Shown here: positions 1 through 11,470 of the stretch, piece by piece
Layout of the letters: every line of letters begins with the position of its first letter
Position numbering within the stretch: the first letter of the stretch is position 1
Origin: Diplonema japonicum
Taxonomy: Eukaryota; Protista; Euglenozoa: Diplonemea
Assembly (NCBI GenBank): GCA_964019335.1
Contig: OZ025699.1
Span: 1-64,000 of the forward strand
Length of the DNA: 64,000 nt
Reading direction: 5' to 3'
Position numbers and translations under genes: made by a program
Notes under the pieces: generated by a model
What the model saw: only the letters and a program-made list of their open reading frames with translations
The model's database searches: none
What the model was told of the DNA's origin: nothing

Positions 1-798
1 GAAAAAAAAAATAAAAAAAGATAAAGGTGGTTCCTGTTTTCGGAACGTCCCCTCCCTTCTGCGGCCTCGGCAAAGAAAAAAAAAAAAAAAACAGGCAAAA
101 AATGCACGCCACATCCCTTAACCACGTGAAATATTTCTGCATGTTTATTATTATGAGGTCAAAACTGTTGGCTCCAAAAATGATGAAAGCACCCTCCCCC
201 CCCCCAAAAAAAGAGATATGAAGCAACCCGCAGTGTCAGTGAAGCTCAGCCCCCTCCCCCTCCCCCTCCTGACCTCATCTGAATAAGAGCCTTTCTTTTC
301 CCTTTTTTCTTTCTTTCTCATACATAGTGCGTTGAAAGACCCAACCTAGAAAAAAAAAAGAAAAAAAAGGATGACTCGAAAATCTTGATACCATTGCACC
401 TTGCTGCGTGTTATTTCTTTTTTTCTTTCTTTTCTTTTCTTTTCTTTTTTGATATGGTAGTAGGCCAAAGCAGAGGTTTGGAAGGGAGGGGGGAAAAGAG
501 GAAAAAAAAAAAAAGAAAAAAAAAAAAAAAAAAAAAAAAGTTGTGCCCGAGTTCTTACCGTAAGGTCCTGACTTATTGCAAAATATAGCAATATTGGCTT
601 CAGGTTCTAGCGGTAGCGCGTGCCCCTTTTCCCTTAAAGTAAACACACCCCCCCCCCTCCTCACTCAGCAAAGTGAACATTAAAAAATAGAATTCTCAGA
701 GCGATCAGAAAAAAAATATGAACTCCCTTCACCTCATCGGCACGCACAAGGAAAAAATTAAAAAACTTCAAAAAAAAAAAAGAAAGAGGAAGAAAAAG

Positions 799-835
<37 letters not shown>

Positions 836-985
836 AGGGAAGGGGGAAAGGGAAGAGGGGAAGAAACAAAAGGACACATGAAGGAGGAGAAGAAAAAAAA
901 AAACAAGAAATCATGCGGATGCCATCGTAGCGACGCGTTCTGTAAAGGGAGAAAAAAAAAAAAAAAAAAACCGTCCACCGCCAGT

Positions 986-3900
986 TTAGCAGTACACCAA
1001 GACCGTGGGCTCAAAGGTGCGGGCGCGCATACACAGCGTCAAAGCAGTGAAGGTGCCAAGCAGCCCTGGGGAGAGGTTCTCTTCCTTGATCAAAGGGTAC
1101 GCGGCCTCGGCTTTCCCGAAGTCCCGAGAAAAAATAGATTTTGCGAAATCGTTCCAGTGATCCAGCTTAGCGATCGTCTCCAACTGGTACATCCACTCAT
1201 TCGCAGCCACGTTGTGCTTGTTCACCAGCTCGTGCACGTGGATGAGACGGGAGCACCGCTTTGCATAACTTACAACATCAACAACCCTAGTGAAGATGGT
1301 ATCAGAGACAGCCTCCGCAAGGAAGTCATCAGTCAATAAAGTCAAATCCTTTGCCCTTGCTATCCTTTCCAAAGCATGCCCCCATGGTACACACACGGAC
1401 ATGAACGTGTGTTTCTTCATAACACTGGACCCCATGTTCCCCGTGAACCCATCACCGGAAACAACTGCGATGGATGGTGGTGCTTTTAGCTTCCAACTGG
1501 ATCTGAGCTCCAGAGCGGCTTCGCATGCAGACAGCTTGTACCCTGTGATGTGCTTTACCGTGTTGAAGCCAGCGAAGAATCTGTCGCCGGAGAACGACTC
1601 GCACACGCCTCGGAACAGATGTACTATGTCCACAACATTGTTGACTAGCTCGCCGTGTGCGGTGACTATCTTGGGGCCGTCCATGTCCTTGATGAACGTG
1701 TGCCACCCGGCCACGTTGACCATCAAGCATGCGGCGCGTCGCTTTGTTGCAGTGAGTGCCATGCGTTGCACTACGTCGTTGCTGTAGATCCGTACGCTTT
1801 TTGCCGAGCCGAGGTTGCTCGCCGAATCGCTGGGCGCGCTGCGCGAGTCGCTCAGCACGGTGCTCTTCTCACATTCCTCCTCGCTCCCACTCACTTGTAA
1901 CAGAACACTTGCCGGCATGAAGCTCCTAAACTCGTTCAGGTTCTTCACCATCGCCTGCATCGCTCTGTACATAACGTTCATCTCTGTGATGTAACTGTGC
2001 GTGATATCGACAGACGTTAGCCGCATAAGCGACACCTCGTTCATTTGCACGGCGAGGAGTGCGAAGGGAGCTGTCAGGAAGTCGTTGAAAACGAGGAACC
2101 CGAACGCGCAAAACAGCAGAATAGGGACCACGATGAACAGTGCCTCGCCCATCTTCTGGTTCAGCTTTGTTTGCGTGTTCTCCTGCTGGACGCCTAGCTT
2201 TGTCTTTGTGGCCGTGTTGCTCTCCTGCACACTGCGCAGCACGTCGTCCTTCGGGATCAGAATCCCAACGCTGAACGTCATGCGCTGCGTTCCGTGCGTA
2301 GTGTACATCTTGTAGTTGTACAGCCACTCCTTCTTGGGGACCTCCTTCACAAGGTTGCCTGTGGTGTACAGCCCAGCAGCCTCGCTGTCGGTCAGTGAAT
2401 GATTGAAGATCTGGATGTCGTCGATGCTACCCTGGAAGTACTGCCCGAACCTGTACGGCTCGTAGAAGGGCCACGACACGGAGGTGTACTGCGACACGGG
2501 TACTTCTGAGTGCAGCGTTCCATTGACGTAGACCTTGCACATCTTCGTGAAGAGCTGGTCCACCGATACAGAGACGTGTGTCCACACACCAACAGGTGGC
2601 CCGCCTGCGATGGGTTTTGTGATGCAGCCGTAGTTCTCGACGCCCAAGTAGAACATGCCGTTGGCGTACCACAGCATGCGTGCGTCGCCCTGCTCCGTGT
2701 CGGCGAACATACGCGGAGTGGGGGTCCCGTGCAGAGGGGTGGAGTCACTGATGGGGACGTCAGGCTTCACCCACATGGACACAGTCACCACCTCCACCAC
2801 GAAAGGCTCCCGCAACACAGGGTTCCACAAGTCCGTGCCTGCATCGTATGAGACGACAAGTTCCGAGCCGTCGGGCTCTATCCGAGTGTTGTTGTACAGC
2901 GGGAAGGAGCTCTCCCATGACTTGTTGAGCTCGCTGGAGCGTGTCCCACTCACTCTGGGTGTGTCGATGGTCAAGTTGTTGTACATGTAGAATACTGTCT
3001 GCCCGTCAAGGTGCAGGACCCGACTCCTTTTAGGGTCGCTGTCCACCGCAATGCAGGTATCCCCGTCACACGAACCGCCGTCCCGCACTTCCGACTTGTA
3101 GTTGTTCCCGGAGCTGTCTGCTGACCCTGCCTCGAAGGTGAACCTTGCGACCCACCACCCTGAGACGTCGTTGTACCACGCAGACTGTTCGAACTCCCCG
3201 TCGCCCTTCTCCTTCACGAGGCTGCCGTTGTTGGTGTGCTTCAAGTAGCGCCCCAAGGCGTTCAGCTCGATGCTGTATGTGTTGTCAAGGCTGTAGCTCT
3301 CCCTTGCTGCGTACACCATGCCCGCCTGCCTGACGTACTGGTCGACCCTCCTGCTGGTGCCGTACGAGGAGGTCACAAGCACACCGTCGCTCCTCACCAC
3401 GAAAACCGTCACATTCTGAGCATCTGAAAAGCCCTTCACAAGGTCCGTCACTGCACTGTTTAGAAGGCTTACGGACTTTGACAACTGCACGCTCCCGGCA
3501 AGGTCCCCAGAAGCATTGTGGATAGGCAGCAGTAGAGTAACTGGGTGGAGCGGCTTCCATTCTGCGCCTTGTCCCCCAGCACCCTGGTAAGACACCAGCC
3601 CGACGTAGGAGTACGTGCTGAAGGTCCACACAAGAGCATAGTCGGTTCGCACATAGCCACCCACGTAATCCTGCCAGCGCCCGATGTACTCGCCGATTGT
3701 GTTGAAGACGTCGAGAGAGGTCTTCTTCCAAGTGCCGTATGACACGGGACCCACTTTACTGCCGCTGAAGTAGTACCACCAGTAGTCATACAGATAACCA
3801 TTGTTTGTGATCGAAACGTGCTGCAGACCATCTTTGCGGACAGAGTCATCACGTGAGTCAGTCACCGAGTAGTCGGATATGTGGAAACCTTCTACAGTGC

Positions 3901-5737
3901 GGACCATGACCTGCCACGAGAAGTGAGTGGTCAACGCGTAGTAGCCGGGGAAGGCTGCCTGGAACGTGGACCATGATCCATCGATGCCGTAGAAAATATC
4001 GCGCAGCGACCTGCCCACGATGATGCCTTCTGTGAAGAAATCACTGGTAGTCTGGTAAGCACCGTCCAGCACCGTTTCACGCCAGCGCATGTTTAGCTTT
4101 GATACCACCTCCGCGGAGTTCTCGAAGCTGCGGTTCACAGCCTGGTTCCCATCGTCGATGGCCGTGTCTGTGGAATCCCGCCCGTTAGTGTACGCCAATA
4201 CGAATGAAATAGTGGTGACGATGCTGAGCAAGGTGAGGGAAAGGACTGCCGACGCCACCCCGAGAGGGAAATGAGGCCCATTGTTCTTCTTCATCTCCAC
4301 GTGTTCGACAGATCTGCGGAAGATTATCTTCAGAACTATGGCGATCAGCACCAACACAATGAGCACCATCATGGCAATCACGACACCAGTGAATTCAAAC
4401 TGCTTCTTGTCCAAGGACACTTCATCGACAACAACTTCTGCCGGCTGCGGCGTGATGGGGGCTGTGGAGGGAGGCGCTGCCCCAACACGGTACTCAGCAG
4501 GAATGTCGAAAACGTGAGCACCATTCACGAGGGGCATTGTTTCGGCAATAGCAAGGAAGTCCAAGTACGACTTGGGGTCAAGGGAGTGCACGGAGATATT
4601 GACGATGGAACTGGTCCCCTGGATGGAGAACGCGTAGCCCCACGTGTTTGGAGTTAGAAGAACATAGCCCTTGACGCCGGCACGCTGGGCCTCAATCACA
4701 GAGTTGTGATAAAGACAATCGTCGTCGGGCATCGGCATGAAGACTATCTTTCCCTCGTGTGCTTCTAAAACTGTCCTGTTACAGCCGCCTGCAGATTCCT
4801 TGAGGTACACCATGTCGGCGGCTGAGTAGGGAAGGCTGAACTCAGGCGATGCCCACATTTGGTTCACCTCTCGCCTTGGCAGCAGTGTGTTGCCGCGCAA
4901 GCAAAGGGTCTTGTTGTCTATTGTAGCCTCGACAGGGCAGCGTGTGCAGAGGCGATTCTCCTCATCCGGCATGTGCGCACACCCACCAAAGAACGAGGTC
5001 ACAGACCCTGCGAAGCTGCAGTCATCCCACAGGTGAGCGTCGGGCTTCCGTTCTTTGCACGTGAGTTCCACCTTGCCCTTCACCGCCCCGCCGTCGCCGA
5101 GGTGGTCGACGATGAAGTCTGTTCCTGCCCGCACAACGCTGAAAGAGAGGATGGGAACATCGAGAGAAGACCCTTCAGCGCCCGTCAACTGGCCAGGGAG
5201 GTACTGCTGGACAGCGCTTTGCAACATCAGCCCCACCTTGCCACCAGCAGCGGCGACGTTCTTGAACTTCGCTGGGAAACCGCACTCCCCTTGCCTGAAA
5301 AGAACTATCTTGTTGGTGTAGTTCTTGTCTTTGAAGTCCTGGTCGGAGCATGCGTATTTGTCACCGCCAGCGACAACGACCTCATACTCCTTTCCGTTGA
5401 GCTCGTGTGCTAAGTCAAGATGCGCGTCTGCCCTGAAGGGCTTGAAGTAGGTGTCTTGCATGCAGAGCCGCATGGCGTACTCCTTAGGCTCGGTGACAAC
5501 GAACTCCAACGGGCAGTTCTGCAAGCAGTCGTCGTAGGCCTGCCAACTGGTCGCATTGCAGATATCGTCCCTCTTCGATGCCGGCCTTGTCCTATCGAAC
5601 CACGCGTTGCCAAAGGCGTTGCCGTTGTCCCCAATCTGGTACACGCAGTAATCAAAAAGAAAGTTGCAGTCAGGGTAAGCACACAACACAACGTGGCCGC
5701 ACAGCAGCACCAGCCATGTTCTCGTGGCCACGCTCAT
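986..5737 (-). CDS. Receptor-type adenylate/guanylate cyclase-like protein (signal peptide, 2 PA domains, TM helices, LamG/ConA-like domain, HAMP-like linker, degenerate class III cyclase)
   Basis: 1583-aa ATG ORF with hydrophobic N-terminus. PA motifs KIVLFRQGECGFPAKFKNVAAAGG and KIVFMP..DCLYHNSVIEAQRAGVKG. LamG motifs VSMWVKP, WTHVSVS, VYVNG, FQGSIDDIQIFN. C-terminal FSGDRFFAGFN and GNMG cyclase-like motifs. Confidence 0.85.
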   Translation of the reverse strand: MSVATRTWLVLLCGHVVLCAYPDCNFLFDYCVYQIGDNGNAFGNAWFDRTRPASKRDDICNATSWQAYDDCLQNCPLEFVVTEPKEYAMRLCMQDTYFKPFRADAHLDLAHELNGKEYEVVVAGGDKYACSDQDFKDKNYTNKIVLFRQGECGFPAKFKNVAAAGGKVGLMLQSAVQQYLPGQLTGAEGSSLDVPILSFSVVRAGTDFIVDHLGDGGAVKGKVELTCKERKPDAHLWDDCSFAGSVTSFFGGCAHMPDEENRLCTRCPVEATIDNKTLCLRGNTLLPRREVNQMWASPEFSLPYSAADMVYLKESAGGCNRTVLEAHEGKIVFMPMPDDDCLYHNSVIEAQRAGVKGYVLLTPNTWGYAFSIQGTSSIVNISVHSLDPKSYLDFLAIAETMPLVNGAHVFDIPAEYRVGAAPPSTAPITPQPAEVVVDEVSLDKKQFEFTGVVIAMMVLIVLVLIAIVLKIIFRRSVEHVEMKKNNGPHFPLGVASAVLSLTLLSIVTTISFVLAYTNGRDSTDTAIDDGNQAVNRSFENSAEVVSKLNMRWRETVLDGAYQTTSDFFTEGIIVGRSLRDIFYGIDGSWSTFQAAFPGYYALTTHFSWQVMVRTVEGFHISDYSVTDSRDDSVRKDGLQHVSITNNGYLYDYWWYYFSGSKVGPVSYGTWKKTSLDVFNTIGEYIGRWQDYVGGYVRTDYALVWTFSTYSYVGLVSYQGAGGQGAEWKPLHPVTLLLPIHNASGDLAGSVQLSKSVSLLNSAVTDLVKGFSDAQNVTVFVVRSDGVLVTSSYGTSRRVDQYVRQAGMVYAARESYSLDNTYSIELNALGRYLKHTNNGSLVKEKGDGEFEQSAWYNDVSGWWVARFTFEAGSADSSGNNYKSEVRDGGSCDGDTCIAVDSDPKRSRVLHLDGQTVFYMYNNLTIDTPRVSGTRSSELNKSWESSFPLYNNTRIEPDGSELVVSYDAGTDLWNPVLREPFVVEVVTVSMWVKPDVPISDSTPLHGTPTPRMFADTEQGDARMLWYANGMFYLGVENYGCITKPIAGGPPVGVWTHVSVSVDQLFTKMCKVYVNGTLHSEVPVSQYTSVSWPFYEPYRFGQYFQGSIDDIQIFNHSLTDSEAAGLYTTGNLVKEVPKKEWLYNYKMYTTHGTQRMTFSVGILIPKDDVLRSVQESNTATKTKLGVQQENTQTKLNQKMGEALFIVVPILLFCAFGFLVFNDFLTAPFALLAVQMNEVSLMRLTSVDITHSYITEMNVMYRAMQAMVKNLNEFRSFMPASVLLQVSGSEEECEKSTVLSDSRSAPSDSASNLGSAKSVRIYSNDVVQRMALTATKRRAACLMVNVAGWHTFIKDMDGPKIVTAHGELVNNVVDIVHLFRGVCESFSGDRFFAGFNTVKHITGYKLSACEAALELRSSWKLKAPPSIAVVSGDGFTGNMGSSVMKKHTFMSVCVPWGHALERIARAKDLTLLTDDFLAEAVSDTIFTRVVDVVSYAKRCSRLIHVHELVNKHNVAANEWMYQLETIAKLDHWNDFAKSIFSRDFGKAEAAYPLIKEENLSPGLLGTFTALTLCMRARTFEPTVLVYC

Positions 5738-5900
5738 GTGAATAATACTAATCTGTAGGAGGTACGTGATAGAACACTACAACGTTACAAAAAAAAGAGA
5801 AAAAAAAACTCCTCTTAACCCACTTTAGAAAAAGAATTTAAAAAAAGAGAAACGATCGCTGGGTCCACCTGGAAAAGCGAACCCCCCCCCCCCCCCAGAC

Positions 5901-7523
5901 CTATTGGGGGCGCGTCTTTTGGATGAAAAAATATTTGTAATGAACTTTGTACACCTCATGTGCCTCCCCCGTCACTGGGAGATACGCAGCGTGGGTATCC
6001 TTCAGTACCCAGCTCCCCTCTGCCTCTAAGGCGTCGAGGACTAGGGATGTCAGGTAGGACTGTGAAGTGTCGTCGCTGTACTGGGCGTCTGCACGGAGGT
6101 ACCAGTACGGGCTGCCCTTTCGGGTGTACAGCGTGTGGTCGTCACCAGTTGCACGGCGGGAAAACTTAGGAAGGCACGTCCGACCGAAAAGAACCTTAGA
6201 CGAGGAGGTCGTAAAAGCCCTCGGCAGCACTGCGGAAAGCCCCTCTACTGTGGATTCTCTCACAGGCCCAGTGATCGAGACCTCGGGGGGGTTGAACGTA
6301 AGCAGCACTACCAGTAAAGGAGTCGGCTCCTTTTCACACACAACTGGGGGGGGAACTGGGGGGGGCTCCTTCACCCGACTTTGAGAGACACTGGCCTCTG
6401 GACTGGCTTGTAGCAGATCCGAAAGAAGCGCAGATTTCTCGCGAAACCTGTCCTGAAAATCAGCCCAGTCCCGAGCATGTGGTATGGCAGAGAAGTTGAA
6501 AGGTATCTCATTGAGCTCGGAGCGGAGGTCGTTCAGAGTAGCCGTCAGGTGTGCCACGTTCCGTTTGGCAGCACTCGTTTTTTTTCGCAGCTCCACAATG
6601 CTTGCGTGGTGTGATGCGATGCTGTCCAAGCAGCTGAGGAGCTCTACGGACCTGTCGTAGGTTGCATCTGCCGTCGCGAACAGCTGCTCCTCCTCCGTGT
6701 CTGTAAAGTCCCACGACCCTGTTACACCCGATGTCTCGAGTGCCATCTTGTTCGAGAAGTACGCTTCCTTCACCGTCGTGCACAGGTTGGCCACTTCTAG
6801 CACAATGGACTTCTGCTGGCGGTGCTCTGCAGAGCATTCGTGGACCGTTGTCTTCCGGGAGTGCAGGGCAAGATCCATCCCCACCACCTTGGGTATCCCG
6901 CCTACGTGGTGCTGGGCAGCATCGGTTACAAGGCCGACGATCTTGGTCAGGATGGACCAGAACCGTAAACGACCCACAGTGGACCCCTTGGCGTAGCCGT
7001 GTGTGCCTGAACAGGACCACACCATGCGGAGCGTGCTGAGGACGGGTGGGACTGCTGTCGTGGCGACACCGATGCCCTGCTGCCCCGCGACAACCTCCAC
7101 TAAGCGGTCCACGTACGGTTCGATAAAACAGAGGTATTTCTCAGCCGCCAGGCTCTCAGCATGCCGTTTGAGGACCTCTGCCTTGTAGTGCTGCAACAGC
7201 GCCAGTTCCTTGCAGCCTTCCTTGTCGCCTGATGCCGTGACCACCCTGCCCAGAACCATAGGGATCTCGGTGTCAAGCTGTTCGCCCACAGCAAGGCATT
7301 TCACTTGTTCCTTCCAGGCACCGATTTCATCCTGTAAGCTTACTGCTTCTAACAAAGCGACTTCTCTGTCAAAGGCCTCTGCAACCGACTGGCATGCCGA
7401 CCGCCATTTGCTCACACTTACTATAATGTCACCTACAAGTTCCTGGTTTCTCGCCAGGCCCTGTGGGTCGTGCATGTTCTCCTGGAAGCTCTCCGTCGAC
7501 ACGAATGACGGAAGCAGCAGCAT
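5901..7523 (-). CDS. Dynein heavy chain N-terminal (DHC_N1)-like protein without motor domain, plus a C-terminal domain of unknown type
   Basis: 540-aa ATG ORF. Segments AEKYLCFIEPYVDRL, LSTLRMVWSCS..Y and WDF..EQLFATAD..YDRS.EL resemble axonemal dynein tail motifs (recognised by eye). No AAA/P-loop motif. Confidence 0.6.
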   Translation of the reverse strand: MLLLPSFVSTESFQENMHDPQGLARNQELVGDIIVSVSKWRSACQSVAEAFDREVALLEAVSLQDEIGAWKEQVKCLAVGEQLDTEIPMVLGRVVTASGDKEGCKELALLQHYKAEVLKRHAESLAAEKYLCFIEPYVDRLVEVVAGQQGIGVATTAVPPVLSTLRMVWSCSGTHGYAKGSTVGRLRFWSILTKIVGLVTDAAQHHVGGIPKVVGMDLALHSRKTTVHECSAEHRQQKSIVLEVANLCTTVKEAYFSNKMALETSGVTGSWDFTDTEEEQLFATADATYDRSVELLSCLDSIASHHASIVELRKKTSAAKRNVAHLTATLNDLRSELNEIPFNFSAIPHARDWADFQDRFREKSALLSDLLQASPEASVSQSRVKEPPPVPPPVVCEKEPTPLLVVLLTFNPPEVSITGPVRESTVEGLSAVLPRAFTTSSSKVLFGRTCLPKFSRRATGDDHTLYTRKGSPYWYLRADAQYSDDTSQSYLTSLVLDALEAEGSWVLKDTHAAYLPVTGEAHEVYKVHYKYFFIQKTRPQ

Positions 7524-8537
7524 GTTCCCTTTCTTACCCTCTTTTCTTCTTTGTGATTATGTGGGACGACGGGTAAAAAAGAATATATATATATATATAT
7601 TTCAAAAAAAAGCAAAAAGAGAGGGAGTAGAAGAAAAGAAGCGCATCTCCAAAGAAAACAAAGATAATCATAACTTCTTTCATTTTCTTTTTCTTTTCTT
7701 TTCTTTAAATCTTTCTCGGTGCGGCAAGGAACAAAATGCTATATATATGGGCTTATAATGTGTTCATTCCTTTCTCCTTCTTACTCCTCTTTTTCTTTTA
7801 TTTTATTCTCTTCTTAGCTTACCAAAGGTACTCACAGGGAGATAAGAGGAGCAGACAGGAAAGACGAAATAATACTCAAGCCATGGAGCGTGAAAAGAGA
7901 GGGAGAAAGAAAAAATAAATAGGAGGGGAACTATCGGGCATGCAATGCTGCCCCTCCATGGTGAAGCAAGAAAAAAAATAGGGAAAAAAAGAAAAAAGAA
8001 AGAACGGTCGGTGACGGGGATAAGCGGGCCCCAAAATTGGCTTTTTGGAACCCACTTCTTGTTCATCTACAAATCAAGAATGTTTTTGTTCGTCACTCTT
8101 CAAAAATAAATATTGTAAGTGTTGTCAGTTCGCTTCCCTTCGCAAGTAAAGAAAAAGCAAAGGAAGTGTATCCCTTACTCGGCACAAAGAAGACAAGTTT
8201 ATTAATAAATCAATTTTTGAACCATATAAATTTGAATTTAAAAAAAAGGAACTGGCTGTTGCTTGTACGTGCCGGGTAAAACCTGGAGAAGCTTGTCAAC
8301 CCGAAACACGTTGCCAACGTTCCCCTTTTGTTTAGACAAGTCAAAGATTCGTTCTTGCAAATAAGGCAAAAATAGAAAAAATAGGGTAGCATCGTTTTAA
8401 AAAATAGTTAAACCCCGAAAGTTTCATTGACCAAGCCCCCACAACCCGCCCTCGAGAAAGGGGGGATGGGTGACCTGTACCTGTGCCAAAAGGGAAACAC
8501 AAATAAGAAGCAAAAGCCTATAGATCTAGAGGAGGAA

Positions 8538-10514
8538 TCAGCGCCTACTGTTGCTGTCGCTCCCGTAATCACAGTCCACCACCTTAATGTTGGCATAAGC
8601 TGTAATACGATTCCTCACATGGTGCATGCGGACCTGGTAGTCCCCGACAGGGAACTTCGCTGGGTCGATGTAGAACAACACCCTCTTGGCGTACCTGTGC
8701 GAAACATCAGCGCAGTTGACAGCACTCCCATGGCAGTACGGGGACCCCGAGCACCACTTCGGCTGCCCCACACGAAGGTAGTACCTTGTAGACGACAAGT
8801 ACCTGGGTGCCGTCTTCTCCACGAAGGCAAGTACAGTGCACACGTGCCTCGCACCACTGTACCTTGCGAACAGGTAGTCCCCACGACACACCTTGTAGGG
8901 TACGTATACCTTCGCTCTTGTGTAGCCGCTGCTGCCGTCATCACTTCCGTAGCTGTGGTCGTGGCTTCCGCTGTGGCTATCACTTGCACTGAGGCTGTCA
9001 CTCCCACTGAGGCTGTCACTCTCACTGCGACTGTCACTACCACTGCGGCTGTCACTACCACTGCGGCTGTCACTTGCACTGAGGCTGTCACTCCCACTGC
9101 GACTGTCACTACCACTACGGCTGTCGCTCCCACTGAGGCTGTCACTACCACTGCGACTGTCGCTCCCACTGCGGCTGTCACTTGCACTGAGGCTGTCACT
9201 ACCACTGCGGCTGTCACTACCACTGAGGCTCTCACTGCGGCTGTCGCTTCCACTGCGGCTGTCGCTACCACTGCGACTGTCACTACCACTGCCACTGTCG
9301 CTCCCACTGAGGCTGTCGCTACCACTACGGCTGTCACTACCACTGCGACTGTCACTACCACTGCGGCTGTCGCTTCCACTGCGGCTGTCACTCCCACTGC
9401 GGCTGTCACTACCACTGCGGCTGTCACTACCACTGCGGCTGTCACTTGCACTGAGGCTGTCACTCCCACTGCGACTGTCACTACCACTACGGCTGTCGCT
9501 CCCACTGAGGCTGTCACTACCACTGCGACTGTCGCTCCCACTGCGGCTGTCACTACCACTGCGGCTGTCACTTGCACTGAGGCTGTCACTACCACTGCGG
9601 CTGTCACTACCACTGAGGCTCTCACTGCGGCTGTCGCTTCCACTGCGGCTGTCGCTACCACTGCGACTGTCACTACCACTGCCACTGTCGCTCCCACTGA
9701 GGCTGTCGCTACCACTACGGCTGTCACTACCACTGCGACTGTCACTACCACTGCGGCTGTCGCTTCCACTGCGGCTGTCACTCCCACTGCGGCTGTCACT
9801 ACCACTGCGGCTGTCGCTCTCACTTAGGCTGTCACTACCACTGCGGCTGTCGCTTCCACTGAGGCTGTCACTCCCACTGCGGCTGTCACTACCACTGAGG
9901 CTGTCACTACCACTGCGACTGTCGCTCCCACTGCGGCTGTCACTCCCACTGCGGCTGTCACTACCACTGCGGCTGTCACTACCACTGAGGCTGTCACTAC
10001 CACTGCGACTGTCGCTCCCACTGCGACTGTCACTACCACTGCGGCTGTCGCTCTCACTGCGGCTGTCACTACCACTGCGGCTGTCGCTTCCACTGCGGCT
10101 GTCACTCCTACTGCGGCTGTCACTACCACTGAGGCTGTCACTACCACTGCGACTGTCGCTCCCACTGCGGCTGTCACTACCACTGCGGCTGTCGCTTCCA
10201 CTGCGGCTGTCACTCCCACTGCGGCTGTCACTACCACTGCGGCTGTCGCTACCACTGCGACTGTCGCTACCACTGCGGCTGTCACTCCCACTGCGGCTGT
10301 CACTACCACTGCGGCTGTCACTCCCACTGCGACTGTCGCTCTCACTTAGGCTGGCACTGCCACTACGGCTATCACTCCCACTGTCACTGTAACCGTAACT
10401 CGCGTCACCATCATGGCCATTGCCACTGTGATCATGGCCTCGAAGTGCCACTTGGCCAGCCGACTCGCTCAGGTCGGCCATACAAAGCAACCCAGCTAAC
10501 AGCAGGACCTTCAT
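8538..10514 (-). CDS. Secreted SGSDSR-repeat protein, copy 1 (658 aa)
   Basis: Signal peptide [13 protein letters not shown], 18-nt tandem repeat coding [12 protein letters not shown], conserved ~125-aa C-terminus with six Cys shared by six paralogs. Confidence 0.85.
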   Translation of the reverse strand: MKVLLLAGLLCMADLSESAGQVALRGHDHSGNGHDGDASYGYSDSGSDSRSGSASLSESDSRSGSDSRSGSDSRSGSDSRSGSDSRSGSDSRSGSDSRSGSDSRSGSDSRSGSDSRSGSDSRSGSDSLSGSDSRSRSDSRSGSDSRSGSDSRSESDSRSGSDSRSGSDSRSGSDSLSGSDSRSGSDSRSGSDSRSGSDSRSGSDSLSGSDSRSGSDSLSGSDSRSGSDSLSESDSRSGSDSRSGSDSRSGSDSRSGSDSRSGSDSRSGSDSLSGSDSGSGSDSRSGSDSRSGSDSRSESLSGSDSRSGSDSLSASDSRSGSDSRSGSDSRSGSDSLSGSDSRSGSDSRSGSDSLSASDSRSGSDSRSGSDSRSGSDSRSGSDSRSGSDSRSGSDSRSGSDSLSGSDSGSGSDSRSGSDSRSGSDSRSESLSGSDSRSGSDSLSASDSRSGSDSRSGSDSLSGSDSRSGSDSRSGSDSLSASDSRSGSDSRSGSDSRSESDSLSGSDSLSASDSHSGSHDHSYGSDDGSSGYTRAKVYVPYKVCRGDYLFARYSGARHVCTVLAFVEKTAPRYLSSTRYYLRVGQPKWCSGSPYCHGSAVNCADVSHRYAKRVLFYIDPAKFPVGDYQVRMHHVRNRITAYANIKVVDCDYGSDSNSRR

Positions 10515-11470
10515 GTTTTGTGTTTTGAGGAAGCTGTGGTGAATTTAGACCTTTTCGTTAGGGACGACGGGAAAAACATTCAAAAGCAAAAAGTGAAGTA
10601 GAAGACAAGAAGAAAGAGGCACCTTAACAGAAAACAAAGAACATCATAATTTCTTTCATTTATTTTCTTTTATATGAGCTCGTCCGGAAAAAAATGTCAA
10701 CAAATGACCCTCCTATGGCGTAAAACCCCCGTTAAGTTTAAGTAAGTAAAAAAGTATTCCGACACCACTTTGTGTGCAGAAATGCAGTCTAAGCTTGAAC
10801 ACCATATAGGTCAAAATGCTCGCCGTTTGTTTTATTTTTAAAAAGCACGTGCAAAACATGTTTTTTAGAATGGTCTTTGGCAAACGATTCAATTTGGAAG
10901 TTACAAATAACCCAGACCCCATTTTTTATTTTCGTTTTCCGTGAAAAGCGATAGGAGGAATGGATGCAGATTGAAAATCTGTGAAACCTTTGGGGTCATT
11001 TTGGGTGGGCTGGACTCTAAATCACTATTAAAATGGGGTGGGGAGAACTTACCCTTAAAGTGCCATTTTGGCCTATTTAAGGCTAAAATCCCTTTAAAAC
11101 CCCTTGAAAAAGCAAAACCTTCACTTTTAAAATATTATGAGTGCAAAAGAAAAGGAAAAACCTCAGCAGATGGGTAGGGAATGAAAGTTTGACCCCAAAG
11201 ATACCAATGTCGAAGCTCTGCATGAGCAGGCAAGTGTTAAGAATTGGTTTTCCTGAAAAAGGCCAAAATCCCTTAGGAACCCCTTGAAAAAGCCAAAAAA
11301 TAGGGTGTAAAAAACCGGATTTTCGGGGGCTATGCGGCGCCATATATTTTTCGTTAAGTACTTTTAACAGTAACCCGACCCTGGGTTGTACCCAGGGGTC
11401 ACAAGTGCGCTTGAACACCAATTTTATGCACCCTAGATGCTGCATTTTAAGCAATGAAATTGCATTTTAA

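Noticed and set aside
1-985. Poly-Lys and poly-Phe ORFs here and in other spacers
   Set aside because: Translations of A/T homopolymer-rich intergenic DNA.
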